DNA of 64,000 bases from Bispira polyomma (GCA_965649765.1 OZ287748.1:9300001-9364000), one strand, 5' to 3'. Counted from the first letter of the stretch, positions 50,741 through 63,289 are shown. Made by a program: numbers and translations. The notes: generated by a model not told the origin, from the letters alone.

Positions 50741-50911
50741 CTTAATCCTCTGTAGTACTTTGTCTTTTTCTCAGCATTCATACTCTTCATGAGGATGCCG
50801 TTGTCTGTGAAGATAGGACGCTCCACTGTAGACCAGAGGACAGACTCACAAGTGAACAGACGGGCAAAGCTGTTCTCTTTAAGCCAATCATTGACTCGTT
50901 CTATGACAGTT
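50741..50911 (-). CDS. Four-repeat protein, exon 3 ((R)TVIERVNDWLKENSFARLFTCESVLW...KYYRGL(R))
   Basis: cccccttcAG acceptor, GTaggt donor; 171 nt, phases 2/2. Confidence 0.9.
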
Positions 50912-51546
50912 CTGAAGGGGGAAGTGAAATGAAGGGAAAAAAATGACATGAATTTTGCAACAAAATTGTAATAGTCAGTTACCATAAGCTGTACAGCAGA
51001 ACCTCTATTATCCAAACATGTTGGGTAAGATTTTGTTCAGATAATGGAATGTGTGGAAGTGGAAGTGAGTTCATAAAATGGAATAATCGTATAAAATAGA
51101 AGTTGGAATAATAGATATAGTTCTACTGTATCTATATATGTATAGGCATAATTGCGATCACCTGTAAAAAGACAAAACTGACCATAACAAACAAATATAT
51201 AGATGTAAAATAGCAACAAATATATATTTGTAAAATAGCTTATCCAAGAAATATTGGGGGCAAATCTCTGAGTACTTAAATTAAAATAAATCTTTGCAGT
51301 ACTTAAATTAAGTTTTGTAATGTGAAGTATGATGATCATAGATGTTACACCTCCATATAAATCAATCTAAAATAAGAACAAAAAAATTTGTGACTGATAA
51401 ATTTACACTGAAATTCTGAGATATTCACACTATCACTATCAACTGAAATTTTGTATTAATCTTTGAGTAGAATCAAGCATATCTCTATATTCTACTCTAT
51501 TCTAAACCTCTGCACCAACACTCGCCAACCTTGCACCATCCATTAC

Positions 51547-51777
51547 CTGAACTGTTCATATCCGTCTTCGTTCTTCTCCTTGATCTGTTTGGGTAGGAAG
51601 TCCTTGTGTCCCAGTATCCAGGGTAGTCTGGGTGGGCTGGGTGTGGAGCTGGTGCTGGGTGTCCTCCTGCGTGAGGGGGAGGGTGAGTCGTCTCCATCTG
51701 AGGAGGGGTCAATCATGAGGGGCACGGTGGGAAGGCCAGGGATTACTGGCACACCAAAGATACGCTTGGGGCCTTTT
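51547..51777 (-). CDS. Four-repeat protein, exon 2 ((R)KGPKRIFGVPVIPGLPTVPLMIDP...WILGHKDFLPKQIKEKNEDGYEQF(R))
   Basis: ctttattgcAG acceptor, GTaatg donor; 231 nt, phases 2/2; the internal ATG at 51716 is an alternative start. Confidence 0.88.
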
Positions 51778-51779
51778 CT

Positions 51780-52590
51780 GCAATAAAGAAAGGTTTGTAG
51801 TCAGCATGACTCTATCCAAAATGCAGACCAGAAATTATTGGTACACCAAAGATTCGCTTGGGGCCTTTTTCTGCAATAAAGAAAGGTTTGAACTTTAAAG
51901 AAATGCAGACAAGGGATTACTGGTACACCAAAGATTCTTTTGGGCCCTTTTCTGCAATAAAGAATTGTTTAAAATTTGAAGAAATGCAGACTACTGGTAT
52001 ACCCAAGATCCACTTGGGGCCTTTTCTGCAACAAAGAAAGGTTTGAACTTTGAAGAAGTTCTTTCTGTACAGAACACAAATAAAGTCTTCAAAATGCAGA
52101 CCAGGGATTACTGGTACACTAAAAGGTGGTAGTTCCTTACTGTGGGTCGCTGGTTTCATTGCAGAACCTTGATCAACTGTATGCAGTGTTTCCTCCAGCG
52201 TTTCCAACTACCCGTCCCAATATAACCTAAAAAGGTACTAGAGTAGACGTTAAATATCGAAATTAAAAAAAAAAAAATTACTGGTACACCAAAGATCCTC
52301 TTGGGCCCTTTTCTGCAAAAAGAAAGGTTTGGAGCCAGCATGCATGACCATATAAGGGTCTGTTAATAGCTATCGGGCAGACCAGGGGTTACTGGTACAC
52401 CAAGGACCTACCTTTTCTGCAACAAAGAAAGGTATGTAGCCAGCATGACCATATAGGGGGTTCTATACAGAACACTAAGAAAGTCTTCAAAATGCAAACC
52501 AGGTATTACTGGTACACTAAAGATCCACTTAAAGCATTTTCTGCAATAAAGAAAGGTTTGAACTTTGAAGAAGTTCTTTCTCAGTAGAAC
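51780..52590 (-). repeat. Array of degenerate copies of the exon 2 acceptor plus its first ~40 exonic nt
   Basis: Plus-strand CTGCAA..AAGAA (minus-strand TTGCAG acceptor) recurs at 51871, 51952, 52026, 52313, 52417 and 52541, each preceded by TACTGGTACACCAAAGAT-like sequence. Confidence 0.9.
52120..52276 (+). mobile_element. 5'-truncated SINE with poly(A) and a 13-bp TSD, inserted into the acceptor array
   Basis: ATTACTGGTACAC at 52107-52119 and 52277-52289; A-run 52265-52277; body resembles the 3' half of the SINE at 35345-35590. Confidence 0.7.
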
Positions 52591-54397
52591 AATAGGAAAG
52601 TTTTTTCTAATGGGGGCAAAATCCACTGATTTTTTAGTTAACCTGACTGTCCTGGGTACAACACTGATTTCTTGGAAACTCTTTGACTTTGTCTATGGAC
52701 TATGATTTTGAATTACTAAAATAATTAACAGCCCCTCATTGTGACAGAAATACAGCACCAGCAAAAAATAATAGAACAGAATAAGTCTTAGGGCAAACAA
52801 ACGATGCTTTTGATTTTAAACCGCCCAAATATTCTGTGTGTAATGTAAGCAAGTGTATTACCCACTAGGCCACAGAGGAATGTCTGTGTATAGAGTTAAC
52901 CTTTGCTTCCATCTATCTGATATATATCGGCCGTCACACAGAAACATAATTTTATCAGCTGCATGGAAGCAGCACAAAATAGGCTAACTTCGGAAAAAAA
53001 AAATTATCTGTTGGGATCGGTGACATGGAAGCCTAAGCTTACCCGATCTCCCCAAACTGGGATCAAACCCAGGTCCTCTGTTTTCCTTGGCCAGTGTTAC
53101 CTACTAGACCATAGTTGCATCTATGTTGTCTAAAGAATTGCACCAGTATGATTCTCTAGTAAAATTTGTATTGGTTTTGCTTTCCAGTAATTTTTTTCAG
53201 ATTGAGGAGCCAAAACAAATATTGCATCAATGTAAGCTTTACAGTGACAATGGTATTATCATAAATATAATATTGACAGGTTCTAGTTATCTACAAAGAA
53301 CAGCTCAAGATACTGTGTGTAGATATATATTGATACCTGGTTCTTCAATACACAATTACCGGTACACAGTATTCTAGACCAACAAAAACTATTTCTGTTG
53401 TTCACAACATAAACAGGATATTTTTTACCTGTAGGTAAACTACTAGATAAAGTGTTTCACTGATAGGGTTTGAATGATGAAGTGTGTCTGGGTCATAGCA
53501 AAGCAAAAGGAGAGTTCAAATTTGACTTTACTCTTGGCCATACTCAAAAGTAAGAGAGACGGAGCTACATCTTAAGCTACCATTTAACTCGCAGTCAAAA
53601 CCACTTGAAGTGGGAATCCATTGAGTCAATTTCCCCTTTATCTGGAGAAATGTCTGCAAGCCCTTTTGAAAAAAATATTTGCCCTGTTAAGTGGAAATCT
53701 TTCCAAACTAAAGCTATTTCTCCTGGCCTTGTTTATTCAGTTTTGATTTGAGAGGATTGACCACTAAAACTAATTTGCAGCACAGTAACTACAGTAGAAC
53801 CTCCATTATCTGAATATGTTGGGAAAGCAAGATTCTGTTCAGAAAATACGGGGGTAAGAAATTAGAACAGGTAGGTCTGTATAAACCAACAGGAACATGC
53901 CAATTTGGGAAACTGGAAATGAGTTTATAAAAACAAATCGTCAGATAATACATTAGAAATAGAAAATAGAAGATGCATTTTAGTATAAAAAGGTAGCAAA
54001 ATAAAAATTTAGGAGACTGAAACTGTTTTCATAAAATTGAATATTCGGATAATTTAGCAGTTCAGATAATAGAGGTTCTCTTGTAGCTAATATTGTAGAG
54101 CATATATTATTCTTGCTCATTCTGGAAAAAAAAAAAACTTTTGTAAAGAAAATAACAGAAAGTTTTTATTTCATATAAGACGAAGTGTTTGCTGTATAAA
54201 ACAGTGACAAAATATTAAATTTTTAAGAGATTAAAAATACAATGTATTAAATCTCAAAGGATCGTATATCACTGCAGTTCAGACAATAGAAGCTATACTG
54301 TAATATTTTGTATGTTATCACTTTTATATCAGACTGAAATGATAAAGCCAAAAGCTCTGGTATTTTAGGTTAACCTAAATATCAGGCGATGAGACAT

Positions 54398-54658
54398 CAG
54401 GGGCGTAGCTACCATTGACGTCAGTACGCCCAGGCATACCAATTTAATGACAAGAAAGAAAAAAAAATTATATAAAAAAAAAAAAAAAAAAAAAATTGAA
54501 AAAAAAAAAAAAATATATAAATTTAAACTTCCTTTTATTCTGTTTGTTTTAGTAGTAACATAGATTCTTGTCATTAAATCCCCCCCCCCTCCCCCCCGGA
54601 ACATAATATATTGGTTTAATTTGGGAGTACCAGATGAAAAATCCTGGCTACTCCCCTG
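54398..54658. mobile_element. hAT-like MITE with an apparent 5-bp TSD
   Basis: GACAT|CAGGGGCGTAGC ... GCTACTCCCCTG|GACAT. Confidence 0.7.
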
Positions 54659-54914
54659 GACATCTAAATAAATATAAATTTTTCACTGTGATTCAACTTG
54701 TCAACCCTCCATATGTTAAATTGAACATAATTTACCACCACAATCTGTTACCTACACTGACTAGTCCTATGTATGTAGTCTTGCTTAAGGCTTCAGTGAC
54801 TTTAATACTAAGATCTGTAGCTGAATATGTGCCTGAATAACCTAATGGACCCTAATATATTCCTACTGCTTATTCCACACCAGCTATACATACTGTCCCA
54901 AGGAGTAGATCTTA

Positions 54915-55175
54915 AAATACAAAGGGTTTGATCTGATGATCAGAAGATCCCCGGTTTCATTCCCAGTACCGATCGCTAGTCTCATGTGGTGGGATAACAT
55001 CCTTGGGTAAGATATGAACACAGGTTTGCCTAGTGTCAGATTTAAGATTTGTGGGGATGTTGATAAATAGTCATCCTCAAGCACCTCAGCGCCCATGAGG
55101 AAAATACATTTGAAAGGATGCTGTGTTCTGTAAATGCGCTATAACAAATGTCCTATTGCATTTTATTTTATATTT
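54915..55175 (+). mobile_element. tRNA-derived SINE with L2-like tail
   Basis: Degenerate B-box GGTTTCATTCCC; ends AAATGCGCTATAACAAAT plus an ATTTT repeat; homologous to 35620-35970 (-). Confidence 0.65.
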
Positions 55176-55184
55176 ATACAAGTA

Positions 55185-55556
55185 CGGTATATTATGATTA
55201 TTAAACTCAGGCCTTCCACAGTATTTCGGCCCATACCTCTCTCCTTACACAAATTGACACAATACTAGGCAAAGTTGGTTTGACATGGCATTTTTGAATG
55301 TTCCAATTTTTAAACCATCAGTTAATAAATCTAAAAATAAACATTTCAATCATAGTTTTGCTTATGATGCTCCTAAGGTGTGGAATAAGTTGTCTCACAA
55401 AATTCACTTTGCCACCTCTCTGGTCTGTTTTAAAGAAAAGCTCAAAACCTCTCCATGATGTTGACGTATGCCTGTCTAATGGATACATGAGCCACATGCC
55501 TTAGAATCTGTTTACTTTTCGAGATTAAGTGATATAAAAGTGTGATTAGGATTATT
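55185..55556 (+). mobile_element. Degenerate 3' fragment of an L2/CR1 LINE
   Basis: Encodes FAYDAPKVWNKL...FKEKLKT; 3' end TTAGAAT...GATTAAGTGATATAAAAGT resembles 37977-38014. Confidence 0.75.
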
Positions 55557-57615
55557 TAATGTGTACATATTTGAAGGTTTGTAAATTAAGTGACACTTTC
55601 CGACAAAGTTGCGCCTTCAGCAAGGCTAATATGTATGTGTAAAGTTTTCTCCATTTTTACTGTGTTTTATCATACATATGTGCTACTTTTTGTAATGGTG
55701 TAGAGATTTTTGCAAACCAGTGCAAGTTGTGTATGACGGAAGTGAATTAAGTGTCGATCTCCCTGTTAAGCGGAAAAATATTGGTAGCCCACACAAGCCT
55801 TTCCTTTCAGAATCTACCCAATCTATCACGTATTTGCTTTGGACTATGATTTTTACACCTTTGTCAATCACGTTGCGCTTGAGAAGATGCCTGGCATCTT
55901 TAAATATCCATCATATCATATCATATCATACCCTGTTTTGTTTGAATTCTACTTAAGTGGAGGTATTTCTCCTGGTACCTTTGAGGTTCAACTTAAAAGG
56001 TATTTAACTGTATTGGTATCACAAAACATGTGGTGACCCATTAATGTTCAGTTTGTATGTATATCTGTATGTATTTGAAAGTAAAGGTGTATGAATATAT
56101 CGTTGTTGTTACAAATGACTACCTCTGTATAGTGAACACCTCTGCACAGTGAACGTTTGGCCAGGGTCTCAAGAGTGTTCACTATATAGAGGTTTTTCTG
56201 TACATATACAAGTTGCAGGCTATGCAAAACTGTCTGTGTCGAGTTATCTTCTGTACTGACTTCTCTCCATACCTCAAAAAATTACATTGGCTTCCCATTC
56301 ACTATCAAATTCTCTTTAAAGTGCAAGTCACCACTTTTAAAGCCGTTATCTCTCAACAGCCCTCTTACTTTGCCAAGCCAAGGTCGTAAGTATAGCATCA
56401 ATAAGGTGCGTTAATAATCCAAAATACAATACTTACGATACTAAATTGTTTGGTTTGGCCATATCTGGCACATGCTCGTCTTACATGAAAAATGAATAAT
56501 TTTATTTATTACACATCTTTCAAAGTCTAGTACCACAATAAATAGTTGTTGTTTTTCTGGTGTTACATGAACCAGTTTTTTTCCCCGTTTATTCTTAACC
56601 AAATTACCACATTTACATTTTTTAATGTTCATAGATTTGAGTGCATGTGGTAGAATTATTACTCAGCATCAAAACTAGAGTTAAAGAATGCAAGATTTGC
56701 CCCTGGATCTGAAATTTGCTGACCCTAAAATTTAAGCCAAATCAATAAAAAGTGGCAAAAAAAACTGGAATTTAGGTAAGTATGGTAAAATAGTCACAAA
56801 AATCTCAATTTCAACAAATATTACCCACAACTCAACTAAACATTTAACATTTTCTAGGTGACAAATTTCAGATACAGTGGCAAATTTTAGATTTCTTACT
56901 CTACATGTACAACAAGAAAATTAAAGATTGTGATGATCATCTGCCCCAGACATCTGGTTAAACACTCTGTTTTCAATGTTTTTGTTACATATGAAAATCT
57001 TAAAAATTCAAGATGGCCGCCAAAATAGTGAAAATTTGGCAATTTCAATTTTGGCCTGTGTCAGACCTTTTGTACTGTACTGGATCGAAAATTGGGTCAA
57101 AATTGCTTGATCTATTACTGTTTCCGAGATATTTGAATCAAAATTCTACTTGAAAGTCACAAAGGTTTTTGTATTTCCTTCCTAAAGCAACCACAGCGTG
57201 ATTCTAGCTTTATTAATTTAGTTGTTAATGATCATGGATTATTTTTTGAAGTCACCATAGTGGCCATCTTGTTTTTTCAGATTTGGTGGAAAACTTGTTA
57301 TTATGCATTGTATCAATCCCCATAAAAATGGAATCATCATATGTCAAACAGTTTATTATATAAATAGACAAATGTCATGAAGGTAACGGACGAACAGCCT
57401 AACGGAGATGGTGCTATTCTATATCTCATGCTCCAGCCTCTTGGCCGGCAAGGGTATTTTTTATTAAGTCACCAAGGCGGCCATCTTGTTGGTGAAACAT
57501 GCATTGTATTAATCCACATAAAAATATGACCACAATCAGAATAACGGTCAGGGTGCAATTCTATATCCCAAGCTCCATCCATAATATAGAGGCTCCATTG
57601 TACAATGTCTATTAC

Positions 57616-57644
57616 CTGAATATATCCAATTTTGTGAACTCCAT
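57616..57644 (-). CDS. Four-repeat protein, candidate first coding exon (MEFTKLDIF(R))
   Basis: GAAATGG start context; CAG|GTaata donor in phase 2, which exon 2 requires; no homology support. Confidence 0.5.
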
Positions 57645-59215
57645 TTCAATCTTGAAAAATTACTATTGATCTCCTTCAATGTGGATGCTCTTCCGCTTTA
57701 TCTTTTAACCTATCCTGTCATTTATTGGTCAGATGTATAGAAAAGTGGCTCTACTAATGCATTTAGATGTTGATAATTTGCAATGTACTAAGAAGAACAA
57801 TGTATACAAAACAGTTGATCTGTATGCATACAGCCATGATGCATATTTAAGATCCATATATACCTAGATGTATATATGTATATCTTTAAATGAATCATCT
57901 CAATCATATGAGGAGAGTTAAAATTACATAATTTTCTTTCTTAAAATTCATTATTGCAAGGAGTTACTTCCAGACATTATTGAGTAAACATCTAGCAATG
58001 TAAGATGAAATAATACAAAGACGGCTCATTCATAATTATGAGCATATAACTAGATTTTGGTTAAAAGCACCTAATGGTTTGTCTTTGTCTTTTACAGACC
58101 CCACACTTGTAGAAGTTAATGGTATAACTTGACCAGCTTAGTTATCCAATGGGCAGACGTTTGTTTTAATATCTTTTCATTAATGTTCTAATTGTCATCA
58201 ATGTCTTCTATATGTTTTATGTGTATTGTTGGCCTAAGCGTCCAATTGTTGCCGATCCCGACGTCAGGTGATTTTATATGGGCCGATCAGTTTTTTGTCA
58301 GGTGTGGGCCAATTTATGCTTCCATGAACCCGATAACCATCTGTTTCTGTATGTCACATTTCATTGGAATCACGTTTTGGAAAGACATATTCCACAAAAA
58401 GATTTGCCAATTTTTTTCACTCCCTGAAAATTGGAAGCTTCTACCGACATCTGGTGGTAAACTGGACCAGAAAGAAAGTGTTCATTACCGGTATATTGTA
58501 TATTTTTAACGCACTTTATTGATGCGAGGCATTTTTTAAAAGGCAACAACCGAATCAATTAACCTATCATGTGTCCTGGGTCATCATCAGTAGGTGAGCT
58601 TCCGAACACCACACAAACTCCTCCACTGGGAGTTGAATCTGGGACCTTCTGATCACCATACTAACTCCCTAACCACAAAGCCACGAGAGACCACATTAAA
58701 AAGACGAGTTCACTATCAGAGGTTTTAAAAATGCAACAGCCTTCAAAGTTATTAAAAATGGAGACATCTGTGATGAAAACTATCATTTCCTGTTTCCAAT
58801 GTGTACACACAAGAATTCACAAATGTATATGCATCATAAATACTGTAAAACCTCTACAACAGTTAACAGTTAAGACCCACATTGAATACAATGCTTATAT
58901 CTTCTGAGAAGCATTAATATTTTAACACAAATACTGTGGTATTGAAAATAAAATGATGCACAAAATGGACCAGTGTATTTGTAACATACGGAAAAGCAAT
59001 CAATAAAGATATATATCCAGTGAAACAATAGGTGGGCCTTAAGCGTTACAAAACCAGTACACAGTGAACACATATAGAACCAAGCCAAAATGTTCACTAT
59101 GAGGTGTTCACTCTTCAGAGGTAGATACTACTGTACAAGTTCACTGGTGGCCAAACGGGACCAGGACAAATCTTTTATTTTAGAGAGGCATTCACTATTC
59201 CGATGTGCTCCCCAA

Positions 59216-59707
59216 TGGCCTGGTCATATATACACATGCTATCGTCCCACAACGTAGCAAAACCATATAAACTGAAAACGTGGAAGTTTCGTGTCAAGGT
59301 AACATCATTGTTATAAAGGTATAGTCGATTGTGAAGTTTCGTGACTGTACACACGGAGCGGGGCCAAAATCGAATACTTTACTGGAAGGATATCACTACC
59401 TACTACTATGTAGAGCTACTTACTGCTACTTACTGCTGCGTTCTGCTACCTTGTTATGCTACTTATACAGACGAGTGGAAACATCCTCGAGAAATGGAGA
59501 GCTCTGCCACGATTATTTTTAACAGTTTAAAGTAATTGTGGCAGCAGACCAAACGGAGACATTTCCGGAACAATATCATCCGTTAAGCAAGGTCACCGAA
59601 GAAACGCACCAGGGATCCTCACTTTGGCATTACCTTCTACTACGTTTCAGAACAGTTAAAAACGTCACACACACATAGCTCAAGCATGTGTAGGTCTGAC
59701 CAGGCTT
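59216..59707. mobile_element. ~490-bp MITE, PIF/Harbinger-like (family copy 3, inverted, internally deleted)
   Basis: TGGCCTGGTCATATATACACATG ... CATGTGTAGGTCTGACCAGGCTT|TAA. Confidence 0.8.
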
Positions 59708-60464
59708 TAACAGATGTTCTAATGCTATGTTCGAGACCCCCTCATAAGTTGGTAAACACCACTGGTCAGCTCGTAAACACCAACTGTGAGGGTTTTTGGG
59801 TTTGTAAACACACAAGTTGTGAATTTCTCTATATCGACATGGTGTTAATATTTATAAAGTAAAAATATAGTAAATATAAATAAAAGGTTCAACCTGTTAT
59901 ATTTAAATAAATTATTAGTGAGATTTATCTTCATAATATTTAATAAAAATCTGTGTCACAATAAAACACCAAGCAAATCTCTTTAACCATATTTACTGGC
60001 AGCCATTTTCTCAGTGTTCTCGGTCAAGCCCACAGATTGTTTACCAGCTGTATGGCCATTCTTAGCGTTATTTATACTTTGTGAGTCGGTAATTACGCCA
60101 TGTAAGATGCTAAAGAACTGGGCATAACTGTGTGCAGACAATAACTCTAGGCCTTAGTGTGAAAAGTAAATATTAATTTCCTTAAGAAAACGGTATGTGT
60201 AGAGTTATGTCACTTATTAGTTATTCAATTAAAGTGCTAGATGCATGCAAGACCCTGAAGTCTATTGTAATACATGTACAGTAGAACCTCTATTATCTGA
60301 ACATGCTGAGACAGTTCAACTGAATACTCAAATTATAAAAGCTTTTGTGTGAAAGGATAAACATTAATTTCCTCCGGGAGAAAGTATCTGTACACAGTAA
60401 TTTTTATAGTTACACATTCTTTACTTGATTCACCTAAAGTAAATATAAGTGTAGGTTTATTATA

Positions 60465-60955
60465 TAAACACAAAGTGGCACTACATTATATAAACTTAAT
60501 GGTGTACGAGAGACTTTGGTTTGAAAACCCAACTAAAATAACATTTTGAATAAGTGTAAAAAGCCAATTAAATTAAGAATGCTTCTTTAAATATTTAATT
60601 TAGTAAATGGCAGTAATAACGCTACCACTACATTATTTTCTGACACTATATTATTAGAAAATAATGTAGTGACACTTCAATGTCAATGCATACTGCTTGG
60701 GTTTTATTTTCAAATAATGTGGCATTACAAATTAATGTAGTGGTAGCGTTTTTCTACCATGTATTAAAGTAAATATTTAAAGAAGCATTCTTCATTTAAT
60801 TTCAATTTTCATTTGAAAATGTTGTTTTAGTTAGGTTGGGTTTATAATAGATAAACACCTCGTGGCACTTACATTATGTAAACTTAATGGGTACTCAGGC
60901 CCAAAGGCCCTGGTACAACATTAAGTTTATAAAATGTAGTGCCAACTGGTGTTTA
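60465..60955. mobile_element. AT-rich nested-palindrome element (MITE-like)
   Basis: GTGGCACTACATTATATAAACTTAATG at 60476 pairs with an inverted copy at ~60919-60945; inner inverted arms ~60530-60636 and ~60734-60832; fragment at ~24880-24965. Confidence 0.65.
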
Positions 60956-60974
60956 TCTATACATGTATCACCAT

Positions 60975-61205
60975 GTGAAGCGTGAAAGGGAGTTGCGCCC
61001 CTTGCCGCTGGATGCTACGGGGTGGGTTAATACTCAATCTAGTTGCTTGCTGATCAACCAGCTGTTAACCCCCCTACCCTTACGACCTTGCTATGCCCAT
61101 GGACTTTACGATTGGATCACTGATTCTGCTGTTGCGCTTTAGAAGATGCCTGGCATCAATAAAGCGCGTTAAAAATGCATTATTATTATATTATTATTAT
61201 TATAT
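60975..61205 (+). mobile_element. LINE/SINE 3' end fragment with (ATT)n tail
   Basis: GTTGCGCTTTAGAAGATGCCTGGCATC..AAAGCGCGTTAAAAAT(ATT)n; relatives at ~55790-55930 and ~58490-58565 (-). Confidence 0.6.
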
Positions 61206-61621
61206 TAGGTACCCATTGCTACACTTGGGTAGAGATCAACAACTTTGTGTAAATTACCTTGCCCAAGGGTACATTAATCTCTGGGCCAAACGAGCGTGGA
61301 TTATCCAAACATGTTGGAAGAGTTGAAGAGTAGAGCACAAAAGAGCACAAGATAAACTTCTCCAAATATTTTACAAAATATGAATGAATGAAATGAAACA
61401 GGATATTTGTTACAGCACACTTACAGAACACAGCATCCTTTCAAATTCGCTGCCATATGGGCTGCCACTATGGACGCCGAGGTGTTTGAGGATAACCATT
61501 TATCAACGTCCCCAAGGATCTTTAATCTGCCACTGGAGATAGAACTCAGTGACAGAGGATCACCATTTGAAGTGATCATCCGAGCCGTGCTGCCACATAC
61601 AGCATACAAAAGACTAAAATG

Positions 61622-61790
61622 CCATTAGCGTCCAGGTACACTTCTGTACACATGGGTAGAGAGGGACAACTTTTGTGTAAAGCACCTTGTCCAAGGGTAC
61701 AATCACCAGGCCTGCAGCGAGAATCGAACTGGGACCCTCAGATCTTAAAGATCCAAAGTCTGACACTCTAACCGCTAGACTATGGACACG
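61622..61790 (-). mobile_element. tRNA-derived CORE-like SINE, antisense copy
   Basis: Reverse complement of 29487-29653; A-box TAGTCTAGCGG, B-box AGTTCGATTCT. Confidence 0.75.
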
Positions 61791-61902
61791 ACTCTAAATA
61801 TTCCATTACCCTAGAGTCCCTAGTTAAAAATAAGGTCGTATCCCATGCAATATTTTATAATATAGCCCAGGGGCAATACAGCTTTGTATTTTGCACTCTT
61901 TA

Positions 61903-62348
61903 GTGAGCGTTTCCATGCAGGCAACTTTCTGAGGCGACCAGCCAACGTTTAACAGGCAATATTCAATTTTTATGTTTCTATACAATTATGTGAGAAAAAT
62001 AGATACCTATATTTAAACCTGAATATCTTAGCCATTTCTCAAACAAATTTGATGCAACAAAAAGCACAATATACCGGATAAAATAAGCTTCCTCACCATA
62101 TTTTCACGTAATTTATACCTTAAGTAATTTTTAAGTTATTACAAAAAAATCGGCAATGTTCACAAGGCGACGGCAATGCCAGGCGATTTTTTTCGCTCCT
62201 AGTAGCGAAAAAAAAACGCCTGGCATTGCCTGTTGCCTATCGGCGTTGCTCACATGGAAACACTTAGTTTTAAATCAATGAAACTGATAGAATCGCCGTC
62301 GGCCATCGCCTGATTGCCTTAAAAAGTTGCCTGCATGAACACGCTCAC
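61903..62348. mobile_element. Complete ~446-bp PIF/Harbinger-like MITE
   Basis: TTA|GTGAGCGTTTCCATGCAGGCAACTTT ... AAAGTTGCCTGCATGAACACGCTCAC|TTA. Confidence 0.88.
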
Positions 62349-63289
62349 TTAGTGTTCTAGTTTTTTACGTTATATTGACACAACTAAGTTTGAAAACAAA
62401 TGATATGTTTAAGTATACTTTCCAGATGCTGCAGTCTAGGTCTTTAAACAAAACTAGATAGCCAGGAAAGTAGTAGTGAAATAAGTACACCTTTTAGATA
62501 CCAAGTACCTAGGTACAACCTTTCACATTTCTATGTGAGGAGAGTACTTGTGAGGAGAGGCAAATAGTTAAAATTATTTTTAATTTCTTTCAACTTTATA
62601 TAAAAAAATTAAAAATTTATTTTTTTGCTTCTCTTGCAGCTAGTCATAAATACAATAACAACATTTAAGTCAAAATACAAGTAAGCATTATAAGTCTGAG
62701 TATTTGTATGTGATAGTACTGAAAGTACTTGCCTCAATAAAACTTAAGTCACACTTTAGCAATTTTAAATTGAGATCTCAGTATGATGCGGAAGCGATGC
62801 GGATCGCCGGTGATTGCCCCATGATTGAGCTTAGAATGAGTTGAAAATGCCTAGGTCGCATCCGTTGGCTGTCCAGCAACCCCCCTACTGTGCCCCCCCC
62901 TGCTGTCTGCAGCTGGGATTAAACTGGTGTGACAAAAAACTTTTAAACTAAATTTACACAATAGGTCGCTCACAGCATGGGAGGTTGTGTTAAAGTCACA
63001 AGGGTCAAGTTGACCCACACACATTGCATGCTACAGAAAATGTGATGCGTTCTCAACTAGAACCACAAGTGACTGTATCGACTATCGCATATTAAGAATT
63101 GTAAAAAGGAGGCACTAGTCAAACAAAGAATTTAAGAACTTTTAGTTGAGTTTAGGGGCGAGTTGGGAACGTAACTGGTGTACAGGGCAATCGCTACAGT
63201 TGCCCCTAAATCGAGTCTGACCACTGTATGACTAGTGACAATTGTAGGTTGTTTTAGATAGACTAGATCACCAGGAAGTTGCTAGCCAA

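Noticed and set aside
52140-52226. Possible exon with ATG (MKPATH) and a GTAAGG donor
   Set aside because: Phase 1 is incompatible with exon 2, and the segment is the antisense of a SINE with poly(A) and TSD
42304-57644. Analogy to mammalian AMELX nested in ARHGAP6 intron 1
   Set aside because: This gene is on the same strand and upstream of the ARHGAP6 start, has no amelogenin-like features, and nothing in the window shows nesting
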